NCBI GenBank assembly: GCA_951406725.2 | Contig: OX597828.1 | Location: 40,548,001 to 40,612,000 of the forward strand | Length of the DNA stretch: 64,000 nt | Direction: 5' to 3' | Source of the DNA: Octopus vulgaris | Taxonomy: Eukaryota | In this document: positions 12,742 to 27,038 of the stretch, one piece after another | Layout: every line of letters starts with the position of its first letter | Numbering within the stretch: the stretch's first letter is position 1 | Translations under genes and position numbers: made by a program | The notes under the pieces: model-generated | Database searches by the model: none | What the model saw: the letters and a program-made list of their open reading frames with translations, nothing else | Told to the model about the DNA's origin: nothing

Positions 12742-13283
12742 AATAAGACAAATATTGAAATCAATTAAATCAACTATACATACTCTTCTCCATAATGTTG
12801 TGTCCTTGAACGAAATATGTTAGAAACCTTTACTAAGTCAATAAAATGACAAAACAAGAATATTTAAAATAGTTGCACAAACTGAATAGTAAACAGTCAA
12901 ATGGCAAAACAAGAGAAATACTGCATACGATAGAACAATATATGACAAAATACAATAATAACATTACTGACAATAATACAAGGAGGAAATAGAATCTAGA
13001 GGAGGAGTGTTTTAAAAAAAATGATTGAATGTTCTGGTAGGTTTTGTCAAAACACAAAAATCTGTCTATTTAAATTAAAAGACAGAATATTAGTTGTGGC
13101 ATTAAATGTAAGACTCTCATTAAATATTTAAGTGGACTCTGAAGGTTACACAAAATATTTGGCCAATTAGTGTCCTGTTACTAATAATTAAAGGAAAAAC
13201 AAGTAACACTCCCACATATATACAGACACACACATGTATATAGACATAGTCTTTCTTTGCTCCAACTAAAAATATAGTCTAAA

Positions 13284-13534
13284 GCAGTGGTACTCGACCA
13301 TTTTTTTTGCTTACAGACCCCCTTTTGATTCCTGTTTTACTCTACTGTACTCCATAACCATTCCATTTTTTAAAAGAAAACCTATCATATTTTTATAATA
13401 AAATATTAGGAATCATAAAAAAAAAAATTGCAACATTTTGTGTACTGTAGATGTATAACCAATTTATTGCAGATAAACTTCAACAAAATTCTATGTGGAC
13501 CTGCAAGTCATATGGACTCCATTTGAGAACCACT
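13284..13534. mobile_element. hAT-type MITE family H1
   Basis: cagtggtactcgacc ... tttgagaaccact; homologous to 3112-3362. Confidence 0.7.
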
Positions 13535-13753
13535 TGTAAGACGACGATGATGACTCAAATTTCACCATCTTCAAAGGAAGGATTTAAAAATATCCATGAA
13601 CAAATAACATAGTAGCCATGAGTCCCAGATATTATTTACCAACCTTATTTGATGGAGAGATATGAATAAAAGGATACCCTGATAACATCAAATCACTAAA
13701 GCAACAGTAATGCTCTAAAATGTAATCAGGGAGGCCACTATAAGAATGCTTAA

Positions 13754-14061
13754 CCCCTTACCCAACAATTATTTTGAAAATAAATGTATTTTTTCAGACA
13801 TATTTTTTAATTGTTTTATTTTACTATGTTTTGAATGGTGATTTCGAGGTATATTTCAAACCTTATTTATTATGAATTTTAATTCAATAATATTGATTTT
13901 AAATTACCGCTTTGGGCAGAAACGAGTTAACCCGTTTTTAGACGAAGGAACTCGTTTGCTGTCGATTTTGGCGAGTCTATCTTTTGATGAGTTAACTCGC
14001 CAGAGATAGAAAAAAACGATTTCGGTCAAAACGCATATATTCGTTTCTGCCGGGTAAGGGG
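13754..14061. mobile_element. piggyBac-type MITE (CpG-rich, young)
   Basis: TTAA TSDs at 13750-13753 and 14062-14065; TIRs ccccttacccaaca / tgccgggtaagggg. Confidence 0.85.
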
Positions 14062-14228
14062 TTAATAAGCTAGAAATAGCAATCAAATCTTCCTCAACTA
14101 CACCCTCAATGCAAAATGAGGTAAAAAGAGTTAGTAAAAACTATATTCAGTGTTGAAACAAATAGAAAGTAAAACTGGCCTCAGAACATAAAAAAAACCA
14201 AAACAAATACCACAAATCATTTTATGTT

Positions 14229-14260
<32 letters not shown>

Positions 14261-14914
14261 GCAAATACAACAAATCATTTTATCTTATAATAATAATCAT
14301 CATCATCGTTTAACGTCTGCTTTCCATGCTGGCATGGGTTAGATGAAGAATAATAATAAATGCTCTGATGCAGTACAAAGCAGTGGCTCTCATGGCTTCT
14401 GATCTTAACTGATTGGAAGTGTTATCATGTACATTGTTTTGTCTTGGTATAAAAGATAGGCTACAGCAAATATTCTGCTCAATACCACAGATTTGCTTGT
14501 CACTTGTTTGACCATAACCAGATGAGCATGTCCCTTAGTGGCTGGCGATATGTGCATCTCTGATCACGAGCAGAAGTAGTGGGGGAGCATCATAGCCATG
14601 TGTTGAGAGGAATTCTTTGGGGTTTGGATAATACATCTCTGGAAACATGGGTGTTTTGTTCATCATCCTTAAACAAACCTTCTTCAGGAACCTTTTGAGT
14701 AGGATGGGCTACTCAACCTGAAGAAAATTCTAACTGGGCCCCACCTGCAAGGTCATGCACTGTTTATCTTGACATGAGATCACCATATGGTTGAGATGCA
14801 TGTGCCTGGTGTACCCTTATCAGACTGGTAGTCATGATGGGTATACTGGGCTTTGTATATTTTACCCCAGTGTCACTTTAATGGTATGCACTGCTCTCTC
14901 ACTCAATAACAACA

Positions 14915-15590
14915 ATCCTTTTACCATAAGTACAAGACCTGAATTTTTTTATGGGGATGGGGTGGAGTTGAGCTAGTCAATTGCAGTACCAGTCAATTAT
15001 GCTAGTGCTTGACTGGTACTTATTTTACCATCTCCAAAAGGATGAAATACAAAGTCAACTAGGGCAGAACTTGAGCTCAGAACATAAAGACAGACAAAAT
15101 GGCATAGTTTGTCCGCCATGCTAATGGTTCTGCCAACTCACCAGCTTAATAATAATGGTTTCAAATTTTGGCACAAGCCCAGCGAGTTCGGGGGAGGTGG
15201 CGGGGGGTAGTCAATTACGTCAACCCCAGTATTCTACTGGTACTTACGTTAGCAACTCCGAAAAGATGAAAGGCAAAGTCACTCTCGGCAGAATTTGAAC
15301 TCACAACATGAAGACGAATGAAATGCCGCTAAGCATTTTCCCCAGCATGCTATCAATTCTACCAGCTTGCCACCTTAATAATAATCCTTTATTCCATAGG
15401 TACGAGGCCCAAAATTTAGGGAGAGGGGACCAGTCAATTACACTGGCTCCAGTGCTCAACTGGTACTTAGTTTTATCGATCCCCGCTAAAATCAACATCG
15501 GCTGTTTCTCAACTCAGAACATAAAGACAGACGAAATGCCGCTAAGCATTTTGCCTGGCATGCTATCGATTGTGCCAGCTTGCCACCTTA
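14915..15590 (-). mobile_element. Three head-to-tail copies of SINE family B
   Basis: Repeated ggtacttatttt..gatgaaaggcaaagtc..gaatttgaactcagaac..ccagct.gccacctt units separated by AAT-type runs. Confidence 0.85.
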
Positions 15591-16189
15591 GTCAGAATAA
15601 CAACAACAACAACTATAAACCAAGAATCTGCTAAGCTTTTACAAGTTTACTGTTTGTATAACATTACTAATATAATATCTGTCACTGTATAATGTTTATT
15701 TGTATTCTGATGTCTGGTTATAAACAAGTTATAAATCGTTAACTCTTTGTATTCAGGAACCAAAACTAAGTAAAAATTAGCATTGAAACCATTGAACCAT
15801 TGAAGTTTGAACTACATGTACAAGAGTGTATACAGAGTATGGGAAGTGGACAGGGAAGTTGAAGGTGGTTATTAACAATGGGAAATAGAATCATGTTTAC
15901 ATAAAACACTACCATCTGTTCTCCAGTTGCCTGGGAGAGTGGGTGGTGGGGAGTAGTAGTAGTTGTTGTTGATGTTGTTGTTATTTAGCCCCAGTACAGC
16001 CATAATTGATGAGAACTGAAATCAATAGCATTCCAATAAGCTACATGGTTAAGAGGTTCGCTTTGCAACCACATGGTTTTGGGTTCAGTCCCACTGTGCA
16101 ACACCTTGTGCAAGTGTCTTTTACTATAGCCCCAAGCCGACCAATGCCTCATGAGTGGATATGGTAACTCTGTGAAAGTCCACTGCATG

Positions 16190-16510
16190 CATCATCATCA
16201 TCGTTTAGCATCTGCTTTCCATGCTAGCATGGGTTGGACGGTTCAACTGGGGTCTGGGAAACCAGAAGGCTGCACCAGGCCCAGTCTGATCTGGCAATGT
16301 TTCTAAGGCTGGATGCCCTTCTTAATGCCAACCGCTCCGTGAGTGTAGTGGGTGCTTTTTACGTGCCACCAGCACAGGTGCCAGACGAGGCTGGCAAACG
16401 GCCACGATCGGATGGTGATTTTTACGTGCCACCGACACGGGGGCCAGGCGAGGCTGGCAACGGTCACGTTCAGATGGTTCTCTTACATGCCCCTGGCACT
16501 GGTATCACAG
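16190..16510 (-). mobile_element. RTE-tail SINE/3'UTR family R, (ATG)n tail, with internal ~55-bp tandem units
   Basis: (cat)n-cgtttagcatctgctttccatgctagcatgggttggacgg..., shared with copies at about 31137, 39512, 45125, 48432 and 62125. Confidence 0.8.
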
Positions 16511-16545
16511 CTACAGTCACACACACACACACACACACGTGTATA

Positions 16546-16606
<61 letters not shown>

Positions 16607-18834
16607 GTGTATATGTATGTGCTTTTGTGGACGTGTTTCCCACCACTATGACAACTGGTACTTATTTTATCAACCCTGAAAAGATGAAAGGGCAAAGTTG
16701 ACCTCAGCAGAATTTGAACCCAGAACATAAAGACAGGTGAAATGCTACTGAGTATTTTGTCAGCGATGCTAACAATACTGCCAGCTCGCCACCTTAATTA
16801 TTAATAACAGTAAATAATAAATTGTAATAAATGTCAGACACATTTAAATTAGTGGAGTGTATACTGATACGTATCTTCAACCCTAAAGGAATAAAATGCA
16901 GAACTGACCTCAGTGGGTTTTGAAACAAGAACACTGAGATATGTAACTGGATACATAAAAATCTTCCAGTTTAACGCTCCACTGACAGACTATGACATAT
17001 TTATGGCTCTTATAGTTTCCATATTGACCAATATTGACCAACACTCAAGTAATTAGTATTAAGTGGAATTAATGTTAATGGCAACACAGTAGCAACACTG
17101 ACAGTTAAGATGTACATTTTCTACAGCTTTTAATGGAAAGAGAAACTTGCTGAATAATACATTAATAAGTAAGTTGGCAATGTGGACCTACTGCCACAAG
17201 AGTCAGATGTGATTATTGATTTCTTTAACCACATTGGTTAACACATATTCAAACACACACACACATTCATGATGAAGATGAATATATGTATACAATCATG
17301 GTCTTAAGACAATACTTTCATGAGACATCTTACGACAGAACAACTGTAACAAATCTGCTGAGAGAAATTTATTTACTTGCTAGGCTGTTGTTGAAATTTC
17401 TGTTAATTAGGATGTTTTGTTGAGACTAGCAAGCTAAGAAAGTGAATAAGCATCAAAGACACCAGTTACTATAACTGGACAAGATAACCAAGTAATCATG
17501 TTGGTATAGATATATGATGAGAATTACTGGGGTTCTTTTTCTTTGTTTTTATGGGAAGTGGATGAGTAAAATTGTTACAACATCAGACAAAATGCTTCAT
17601 GGTTTTTCTGCTGGCTCTTTACATTCCAAGTTCAAATCATAATGGATCTAATCCTTAGCTTTCATCTCTCCAAGTCGATAAAATAAAATACAAGTCAAAC
17701 ACTAGATAGATTAAATTGACTAAGCCCAATCCTTCAAATTTCAGGCCTTATACTTTTAGTAGAAACAAAGTTTTTTAGTTCTTTTTTTACATGGCTTAAT
17801 CAGAAGGGTAAGGGTAGCACCCAGGATCTATACAGGACCTCTGAATCAATCTGGTGGGCTTCTTACTCCCAAAGCTTGGTTTCATCCAAGGGACCATGAG
17901 GTGGGATCAAACACAAAGACATATGATTATGAAAATATTTCTTAACCACATAGCCATGCATGGAAATTGAAAATTAAGAAAAAGAAAAATTTCCCTGTAA
18001 TAGAGGTAAATCAAGGAAGATGTGGAAGAGGTAACTTGATCAGAACTAGAAATATTAGTCTTCACACAATGAGATTACATTGGTTACATAGTTTTGGCAC
18101 AAGGCCAGCAATTTCAGGAGCAGGAGTAAGTCAATTACATTGACCCCTCCAGTACTCAACTGGTACTTTGATCCCAGAAGGATGAAAGGTAAAATCAACC
18201 TTGGTGGAACTTGAACTCAAAATGTAAAGGCAAACAAAATGCCGCTAAGCATTTTGCCCGGCACCATAATGATTCTGCCAGCTAACTGCCTTCATAGATG
18301 AGAAAATATTGGATTGATATTATACACACACAAAGTGACGTATTGTAAACTCACTGCCATGATGATGATGGTGATGATAATGGTGGTGGTGGTGGTGGTG
18401 GTGGAACTTAATGAATGCAATGTTATATTGCATTTATTTTGCAAGAAAGTGCTGGATAGTTTATGAAAATTTTAAAGGATGCAGATTGAAATATAAACCC
18501 AAACAGTTGAGCCATTCCTTCCTCCTCCCCAGGCCATCTTGAATTATTTACCAGATTTGAATGAAAATAATATCTAAGAGCACAATTTAGTCAACCACAG
18601 AAATATTTAAAAAAATAATGACAAGCTATTTTATGTCATAAGTATCTACATTTGGAGTAGCTATTGAACCTTTTGAAATCAGAGGCATATTACCATCTCA
18701 TTATATTTAATACAATAATAATAGATGAACAAAACAAAATCTTTTCAAAAAAAATCTTGTTCCAAAGGAAACTAACAATGATATAAATATGATTTTGGTT
18801 ATGCTTACTGAATTCTGATTAGTTTCAACATTAA

Positions 18835-19044
18835 CCCTTTAGGATTTAAATCAGCCCAAATATTGCACCTGTTTTATATTCAAACTGGCGAGATCTGGTC
18901 TCTCACACCTACCCGACATTATCATTCCAAAAATAAACAATCATATCATCGAAATCTCTAAGCTGTGAGATAATGCAGGATGAATTCAAATCAATGTGAA
19001 TAAACAACCATTACATTTGACAGAGTAATCTGAATGCTGAAAGG
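18835..19044. mobile_element. piggyBac-type MITE family P1
   Basis: TTAA-ccctttagg ... aatgctgaaagg-TTAA. Confidence 0.8.
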
Positions 19045-20049
19045 TTAATATTCTTAATGAAAGATAATAACTACTGTCTATATTCAAGCAACAAACTTTA
19101 ATGTGGTCTTTGCTTTAGAACAACTAACAATGCACTGGAACTTGAAATACTGGACCCAAAACAAAGAGACAATTGATAAGAAAAGCTTAATTTAATAATC
19201 TATAGAAGCACTGCCAACAACTTTAGACCTGAAAATAATAAATAACCAAAACAGCATTTCAGAAACAGATCCAAAACATTGCATGACAAATTAAAAATCC
19301 TTCAAACATCGACCGTGTAACCAATACAGTTCAGTTTCCCTGGCGTGCCATTTATCAGCAAAATGATTTCATAAATAAACAATTCACCATCCAAATTGCC
19401 CTCTACTTTCTCTCATGGTGACAAAATTATTAAAATATCTTCAAAAGAACTATTTGTAATATTTATGAAGACTTATGGACTTCTGATTCCCAACTGATTA
19501 ATACAAAATGCTATTCAGTGTGATATCTGCTGCTTGACATAATATATTCACCAATATTTATAACCGATGACTTCAGTGCTAAGATCAGAATTTTGTGTCA
19601 ACTTTATACTTTTACTTCTTTCTTTTAGTTGGTAAAATAAACACCAGTTTATTAATACTATAAAATGTTAGTAAATCCTTTTCCATATTTCAGTATTTCA
19701 CCGAGTTATAAGTCAACTTTATCCCTTGTCAGTCTTATTTTTTGGTAGATATTTAACATCATTACTTGAATAAACATGAAATTTAATTTTGCAGTTAAAG
19801 AGTTAAAAACAGACAAGGAGCTAACTTCTGATCTGGGGCCAAACCACAACATATAACCCACATTAAATTGATATACTTGTAAGGGCAATCATTTTGTAAC
19901 AGAATGTAAATAGGTTGTGCCGTTCACAATTTTGTTTAGATTTTAATAAGTAGCTTTCTGCTACCATGGTTCTGTAGTCTGAGAACAAAACGGAAGTGAC
20001 TCCTGAAGAGTTTTTGGATAACAACTAAATTGACCATTTCAGTTCTTAC

Positions 20050-20093
20050 TGCAAGCTGCTGAAAAAGCTCCTCATGAAACTTAATTTCAACAT
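20050..20093 (-). CDS. Candidate first coding segment MLKLSFMRSFFSSL(H) in a 144-nt exon 20050-20193
   Basis: Acceptor ...tattatcttcAG at 20195-20194; ATG with an upstream in-frame TAA; donor gca|GTAAGA in phase 2, matching exon 8372-8432. The match could be coincidental. Confidence 0.25.
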
Positions 20094-21495
20094 GATACTA
20101 AGTACATATGGATAATGACAGTGTATTTATAAATTCTACAAATCTTTTGAAAACTGGCACTCTACCCAGTCTATCATTCCACCGGCCTCTCCTCTGAAGA
20201 TAATATTATTAAATAAAGCAAGAGAAAGCTTGCAGACAAATATTTCATGTTAGTAGTCATAATAATAGAAGAAGAAAAAAAGATAATTAACTCCGAACAG
20301 TGTCTTGAAATACAAAAGAAACCATTTTGCTTTCCTTTTGTTATACACACACTAACACACTACATGCACACACACAAACTTTACTCACCTCACACACATA
20401 TACACACTTGCTCACCATACTCACACACAACTTATTTTCATTTGCCAACAAAGTCCATATACAGATAGCATCACACTATAAACTCTTTAGTCGTAAGTTC
20501 AAATCTCAGATGATTTAGACTATGAGCTTAAGTAAAAGACACTTCATGAAGATTTTTTAAATATTTCAAGTTATTAAGCTAGAAAATTTAAGCCCCAAAC
20601 CATACAATCATAAGTTCAAACCATACTACAGCTATTGTAAGATTATTTTTCCTTTCTTGCACTAATTAACCTCATTTTTAATCCTTTAATTGACTTGTGA
20701 GTCAATTTGGCAAATGGAAACTAAGAGAAGCCCATCAAGAGTGTGTGTGTGTGTTTCCATCTGTTTGTCCCACCACTATTTGACAACTGGTAAGAATCAG
20801 TAAAAGGAACTTGAATAAGGTTGTATGTCATTTTGACTGTCAACTTCATCTTTAAGCCATTAGCATTTAAACCAGGCTCTATCTGGACCATATATTTTCT
20901 ACCTGATTTATGTTCAAACTGACCAAATCCAGACCATCAGATCTAACCTACAACTTCATTCTAATGGTGGGTTTACATCTCCATAACTTAGCGGTTAGCC
21001 AAAAGTGACCAATAAAATAAGTACCAGGCTTAACAAAAAATTTAAGTACTGGGGTAGGGTTGAGTTGTTCGGCTAAAAATTCTTCAAAGTGGTGCCACAG
21101 CATGGCCGCAGACTAATGGTTGAAACAAGTAAAAGATAAAAATATGAAACACACTTTTAGGACACACAAAAGTGTTGTTTCATTTTGTTATTAACAAACT
21201 ACATGGCATGTAGTTATTCATTTTGTTTGGCTTTGTTTTCATAAAATTGTCCATTCAGGATCAAATTCCAAAATTCCAGCAGCGTTCTTCTCTTACAGAA
21301 AGCTAATTAACAGCTATTTTCCCTCATTGTTAATAGCATGTGTCACAAGCAAATATCCATTTGATCTCAAACAAATCTGAATATTCTATAGAATTCATTC
21401 AACTGTCTGGAACTAGAAAATAAAATATTACATAATAATGGCAAGATTTGATTGGGGTGATGCATAGGAGAGAAGACCAAGCCAAAAGTCAGTGA

Positions 21496-21530
<35 letters not shown>

Positions 21531-21544
21531 TGATGATGATGATC

Positions 21545-22100
21545 CTCTCTTCATTAGGCATAAAGATGAAAGGCAAAGTTGACCTTTGGCAAAATTTGAA
21601 CTCAGAACATAAAAGCAGACGAAATGCCGCTAAGCATTTTGTGTCCCATGCGCTATCAATTTCGTCTTTTTGTAGCAATAACAATAATAATAACAATTCT
21701 TTCTACTCTAGGCACAAGGCCTGAAATTTTGGGAGAGGGGATTAGTCGATTATATTGTTGATCCCAGTATTTCACTGGTATTTAATTTATCGACCTCCAA
21801 AAGGATGAAAAGCAAAGTCAACCTCAGCGGAATTTGAACTCACAACATAAAGACAGACAAAATGCCATTAAGCATTTTGCCTGGCGTACTAATGATTCTG
21901 CCAGCTCACCATAATAATAATAAGAAGAAGAAGAAGTTTCATATTTTGGCACAAAGTAAGGGAGAGATAAGTCGACTACACTGACCCCAATTCTCAGTAC
22001 TTTTTTTATCAACCTCAAAAGGATGAAAGGCAGAATTTGAACTCACAACATAAAGACAGATGAAAAATTAAGCATTTTATCCAGTGCAAACGATTCTACA
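21545..22100 (-). mobile_element. Three tandem copies of SINE family B
   Basis: Same unit as 14915-15590, separated by (AAT)n/(AAG)n. Confidence 0.8.
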
Positions 22101-22164
22101 TATCTGTAGTAATAACAATAATGAGATTTTACCTGCAAGTTGGAACTGTGTAACTGGCATTTCT

Positions 22165-22370
22165 ACATCATTGTGATCTTTAGGGACTGGTCCAGCAGAC
22201 TTATGACTAAAGGTATTCTAGTCATGACCACCCTGTCCTCATGCATATCTGGGACTATGCTGTCCAATGCATCCTTCCTTTTTGAAGACAATGGAATGTG
22301 GTTTGAGGAAGACTCAGCTACCATCTCTAGTAGGTCAAGTGACCCCATAAACATTCCTTCATTAGCACAC
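22165..22370 (-). mobile_element. Interspersed family C ((AAC)n-tailed; gctagaaatagcagccaaatct block)
   Basis: More than 10 diverged copies, e.g. about 3370, 22635, 23150, 42170, 42600, 45415, 48900 and 61040. Confidence 0.65.
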
Positions 22371-24306
22371 ATATCATCATCATCATCATCATTATTTTTA
22401 ATTGCCTGACTTAATTTACTTTAACCTATAAGTTCTTGAACTATCAGTAATGGCCCTGAGATCACATCAGTTATTGAAATCTAAACTAAAGACACCATTT
22501 TTACAAAAAAAAAATTATACAAGGATACACTGGAATGGCTTCTCAAGGACTTTTGTAGTCTCATGGGAGGGTTTCAAATTAGCACAACAATCTGATAACT
22601 CATTTGTAAGCTAATAAGAAATCCTTAATTCAGATCCTTAACCTGCTAGAAATAGCAGTCAAATCACTCTCAAATCATACTTATTGTCCTATCATTGGAT
22701 TATGTGATCATGGGTGCCTAGAGATAAACAGCCACAGCCACACTGCTTTTAATCCTGGTTCTATTCCATTAGAGCAGACCAAGGGGCAAAAATAATAATC
22801 TCTCTACTAAAGGCGCAAGACCTGAAATTTTGGGGGAAGGGACGAGTCCAGTACATCGACCTCCGTGTTTCACTCATACTTATTTTATCAACCCCGAAAG
22901 GATCAAAGGCAAAGCCGACCCTGGCAGAATTTGAACTCAGAATGTAAAGATGGACAAAATATCACTAAGCATTTTGCCCAGCGTGCTAACAATTCTACCA
23001 GCTGACCAATGACAACACACTCATTGAAAAAGTATATAGCAATCTTGCTATTAACAGCAGTGATCTTACCGCTTCAAAGAATTTCTTTTTGATTTTTCTT
23101 TTTTTTTTACAGTAAAGTCATCTGGATTTTTCAATATTAAGATGCGGTTTAGCCCTATATCAACCTTATTAGAATAGACATTCCAAACAGTTAAAACTGG
23201 AAGGTCTTATCTAAGACAATCCAACTGCAACTATTCCATCATTTTCAAACATGCTACATCTATGGCTACTTTCTTTATCCATTGTGTACTTCCTTCAGTT
23301 CTTAAGACAGTAAGGTGTGGATTGGGAGAGAGATTTGGCTGTTATTTCTAGCAGGTCAACTGACCGTGTACAAATTCTCCTGTTGGCTCTTCCATGATTG
23401 CTTTTGTCAGGTACACTGCGATATGCTGACATTAAGATAAAATTACTAGTTCTTTAAACCAATAAGCTGTCCCTATCTTAACCCAAGTAGCAGTACTTCA
23501 TTTGTTCCACACACACACAACTATACTACACACAACTATCCTACACACATTCTGTAGTCAGTGAATTAAATTAAATCAGTAAGCATGTATCTGAAGAGGC
23601 AGAAAATTCAAAACTGAAGATTTTATAACAGCTGTAAGTTTGAAAATGTTAACTGAACTTACATTTCTGGAACATTCTACAAGATTCACCAGAATTCCTA
23701 ATCAATGAAGCAACATTCCTTGTAGAGTGCTTCAACATGTATGTTTGGGTGTGTGCTTACATGTGTGTGCTTCTGCTTGCAGTGTATACATGTGCGTGAA
23801 GATGCCACTGAGATTTGCTATTTTAATATAAGAAACATTATAATCTTTAAAATTTTATTTCACCCCTTTGCCCTTGTCAAGCAATAGCAAAGTTTGGGGT
23901 GGGTAAATTGAAAGTTTCTTATCTAAACTGTCCAAGGAACCACACCTTGCCACATATGTTTAACTGATATCAAAGACATTCTAATATGACACATTTTAGC
24001 TAGGTTTTTTTTTTGTTTTGTTTTTTAAACAGAAACCTACCAAAATAGGACTATGGATAACTACCAGAAATCCCTGGTTTCGCAGTTGTAAGGGGGGAAA
24101 TTAGTAGTTTGCTATATACTTTATAGGTATGAAAGTACTGTAATCTAAGCCTTCTTTCAGTTTCCGTCTGCCAAATCCACTCACAAAGCTTTGGTCAGCC
24201 CGATGCTATAGTAGAAGACACTTGCCCAAGGTGCCACGCAGTGGGACTGAACCCAGAACCATGTGGTTGGCAAGCAAGCTACTTACCACACAGCCACTCC
24301 TACGCC

Positions 24307-24344
<38 letters not shown>

Positions 24345-25095
24345 AGGCAACAAGCTGGCAGAATTGTTTTTGCACACTGAGCAAAATGCTTAGCAACATT
24401 TCACCTGTCTTTATGTTCTGAGTTCAAATTCTGCTGAGGTTGGCTTTAGCTTTCATCATTTGGGGATCAATAAAATAAGTACCAGTTGAGCACTGAAGTT
24501 GATGTAATCAACTTATTCCCTCACCTGAACTTACTGACCTTATGCCAAAATTTGAAACTATTATCATTATTATTATTATCATTATTAGCAGTAGCAGCAG
24601 AGAGAGAGAATACTGAATGTAAATTCCAGAGGGTGGGTAAGTTTAACTATTTGTTACCCTAAAATCTTGTGCAATATCTTGTTGCCTGCTTTTTATTTTT
24701 TGATTCTTTTTGGACCAAATTCCAAAGAAAGTATCGAATGAACCAACTCTAGGGATATGACACAGAGAGGGAGAAAAAGATATATTGAGAGTGGCTGAAG
24801 CAAAGTCTGTAATCTGTGAAGTGTTATACAAACATGCATTACTCTAGGGTCTATAGCCTCTTTTCCTTAATGAAATACATCAAATACCAGTCAAGTCATT
24901 TGGGCTGACAGGGTGGAAAACACAACTGTGACAACGTCTTGATTTCAAATAACATTTCAAGGATTATTACATTATGCTCTTAAGATACATAACAAGATAT
25001 TCTTTGAAACATCACTTTTCTGAAAATATAGTTCCAACCATTTTCAAAGTAACACTATGACTGGGTCGGTAAAATTACCCCAAGTAAATTTTAAA

Positions 25096-25144
<49 letters not shown>

Positions 25145-25230
25145 ACATTGTTGAAATATTTGAGAAAATAACATCTAACATCTATTTTTACTACTTACAA
25201 CAAATGTTAAGATATTCCCAATAAAATACA

Positions 25231-25426
25231 CAGGCATAGGCATGGCAGTGTGGTAAGAAGCTTGCTTACCAACCACATGGTTTCGGGTTCAGTCCCACTG
25301 CATGGATCTTGGGCAAGTGTCTTCTACTATAGCCTTGGGCTGACTAAAGCCTTGTAAGTGGATTTGGTAGACAGAAACTGAAAGAAGCCCATCGTGTATG
25401 TGTGTGTGTGTATGTATGTATGTATG

Positions 25427-25486
<60 letters not shown>

Positions 25487-25705
25487 TATATATATGTATA
25501 CATTTGTGTGTTTGTGTCTGTGTCCTCACCATTGCTTGACAACTGATGTTGGTGTGTTTACGTCCCCATAACTTAGCGGTTTGGCAAAAGAGGCTGATAG
25601 AATAAGTACCAGACTTACAAAGAACAAATCCAGGGGTCGATTTCTTCAACTAAAAGATGGTGCTCCAGCATGGCCACAGTCAAAATGACTGAAACAAGTA
25701 AAAGA
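25231..25705 (+). mobile_element. SINE family A, full length
   Basis: Collinear with 26625-27038. Confidence 0.9.
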
Positions 25706-26364
25706 TGGATGGATGATGTGTGTGTGTGAATATGGTATAATTATCTGCATTTACATATGCGCATGTTTGTGCATGTATATACATGTATGTGAAAGAGAGG
25801 CTGTCGGATAGAATGTTTCACATTCCAAATGCAAGATAATGTGCATGCATGTGTGTGCATGCATGTGTGTGTGTGTGCATGCATGCACATGTATACACAA
25901 AATATAAAGAGAGATGAACAAAGAAAGAAAGAGAAAGACAGAATTACCAATGTGTCAAGTTAAATATCAGAATTTGTCTTAGGCAAGAATAATAAGTAAA
26001 GGGCAACAGTGATGTAATACCAAAGAGAGTATGATATACCAGCCTCATCCCGCAGGTCATAAGTTCAAACTTTGCGAGTGACGTTGCTTTTGGAGGGTTA
26101 AAACAAGACATTTCATTCTGAGTGAATGTTTACAACAGCCCCAGAAACATTTAATCTAAAAATGTTTCAATTATTGAGGAATTGTTGGGGAGGAGTACTA
26201 TATAGAAAGTGTCAAGGCAAAACAGGAACAACATTCTACAATAAAGGTTAAAGAGTTAACCAGTATAATATAGGGAACATTAGAAAGTGAAATTATGAGG
26301 TGGGGTGACTATTAATCAATAACATTACTCAAATTATTTCGGTTAAATACAAGAGACAATTCCA

Positions 26365-26396
26365 GACAGGTTTCATTCTTATAATGAACTCATCAG
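26365..26396 (-). ncRNA. Minimal hammerhead-ribozyme-like motif
   Basis: CTGATGA-GTTC-attataa-GAAT-GAAAC-ct-GTC; stem I is imperfect. Confidence 0.45.
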
Positions 26397-26624
26397 CTAA
26401 ACATGGCCTATACCATGTTTGCCATAGTAGTCATGAGAGAATCACAGAATAACTTTACAAGACTTTACACTGATTGATATGAGCCCACACAGTGTAGAAC
26501 GGAATTGTTTAAAGAATAACTAAATCAGATGCACCATCTGCATGAAAAATAGTTCAGTTAATGTAAATTTATTTAATGCATGGGGCAGCATTTAAAATCT
26601 AACTATGAATAATTACATAATTAC

Positions 26625-27038
26625 AGGCGTAGGAGTGGCTGTGTGGTAAGTAGCTTGCTTACCAACCACCTGGTTCCGGGTTCATTCCCACTGTGTGGCA
26701 CCTTGGGCAAGTGTCTTCTACTAAAGCCTCGGGCTGACCAAAGCCTTGTGAGTGGATTTGGTAGACGGAAACTGAAAGAAGCCTGTCGTATATGTATATT
26801 TATATGTGTGTGTGTGTGTGTATATGTTTGTGCGTTTGTATTTTGTGTCCCTCCCCCCAACATCGCTTGACAACCGATGCTGGTGTGTTTACGTCCCCCG
26901 TAACTTAGCAGTTCGGCAAAAGAGACTGATAGAATAAGTACTAGGCTTATAAAGAATAAGTCCTGAGGTCAGTTTGCTCGACTAAAGGTAGTGCTCCAGC
27001 ATGGCCACAGTCAAATGACTGAAACGAGTAAAAGAGTA
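26625..27038 (+). mobile_element. SINE family A, full length
   Basis: Well-preserved copy with tRNA-like head, CORE-like block and 3' body. Confidence 0.9.

Noticed and set aside
14355-14905. About 550-bp higher-complexity block between (AAT)n tracts
   Set aside because: Probably an interspersed repeat, but it is single-copy in the window with no ORF or termini I can verify.
24658-24748. Minus-strand exon candidate VGSFDTFFGIWSKKNQKIKSRQQDIAQDFR
   Set aside because: Good acceptor but weak donor (GTAACA), phase incompatible with 8372-8432, and no recognisable homology.
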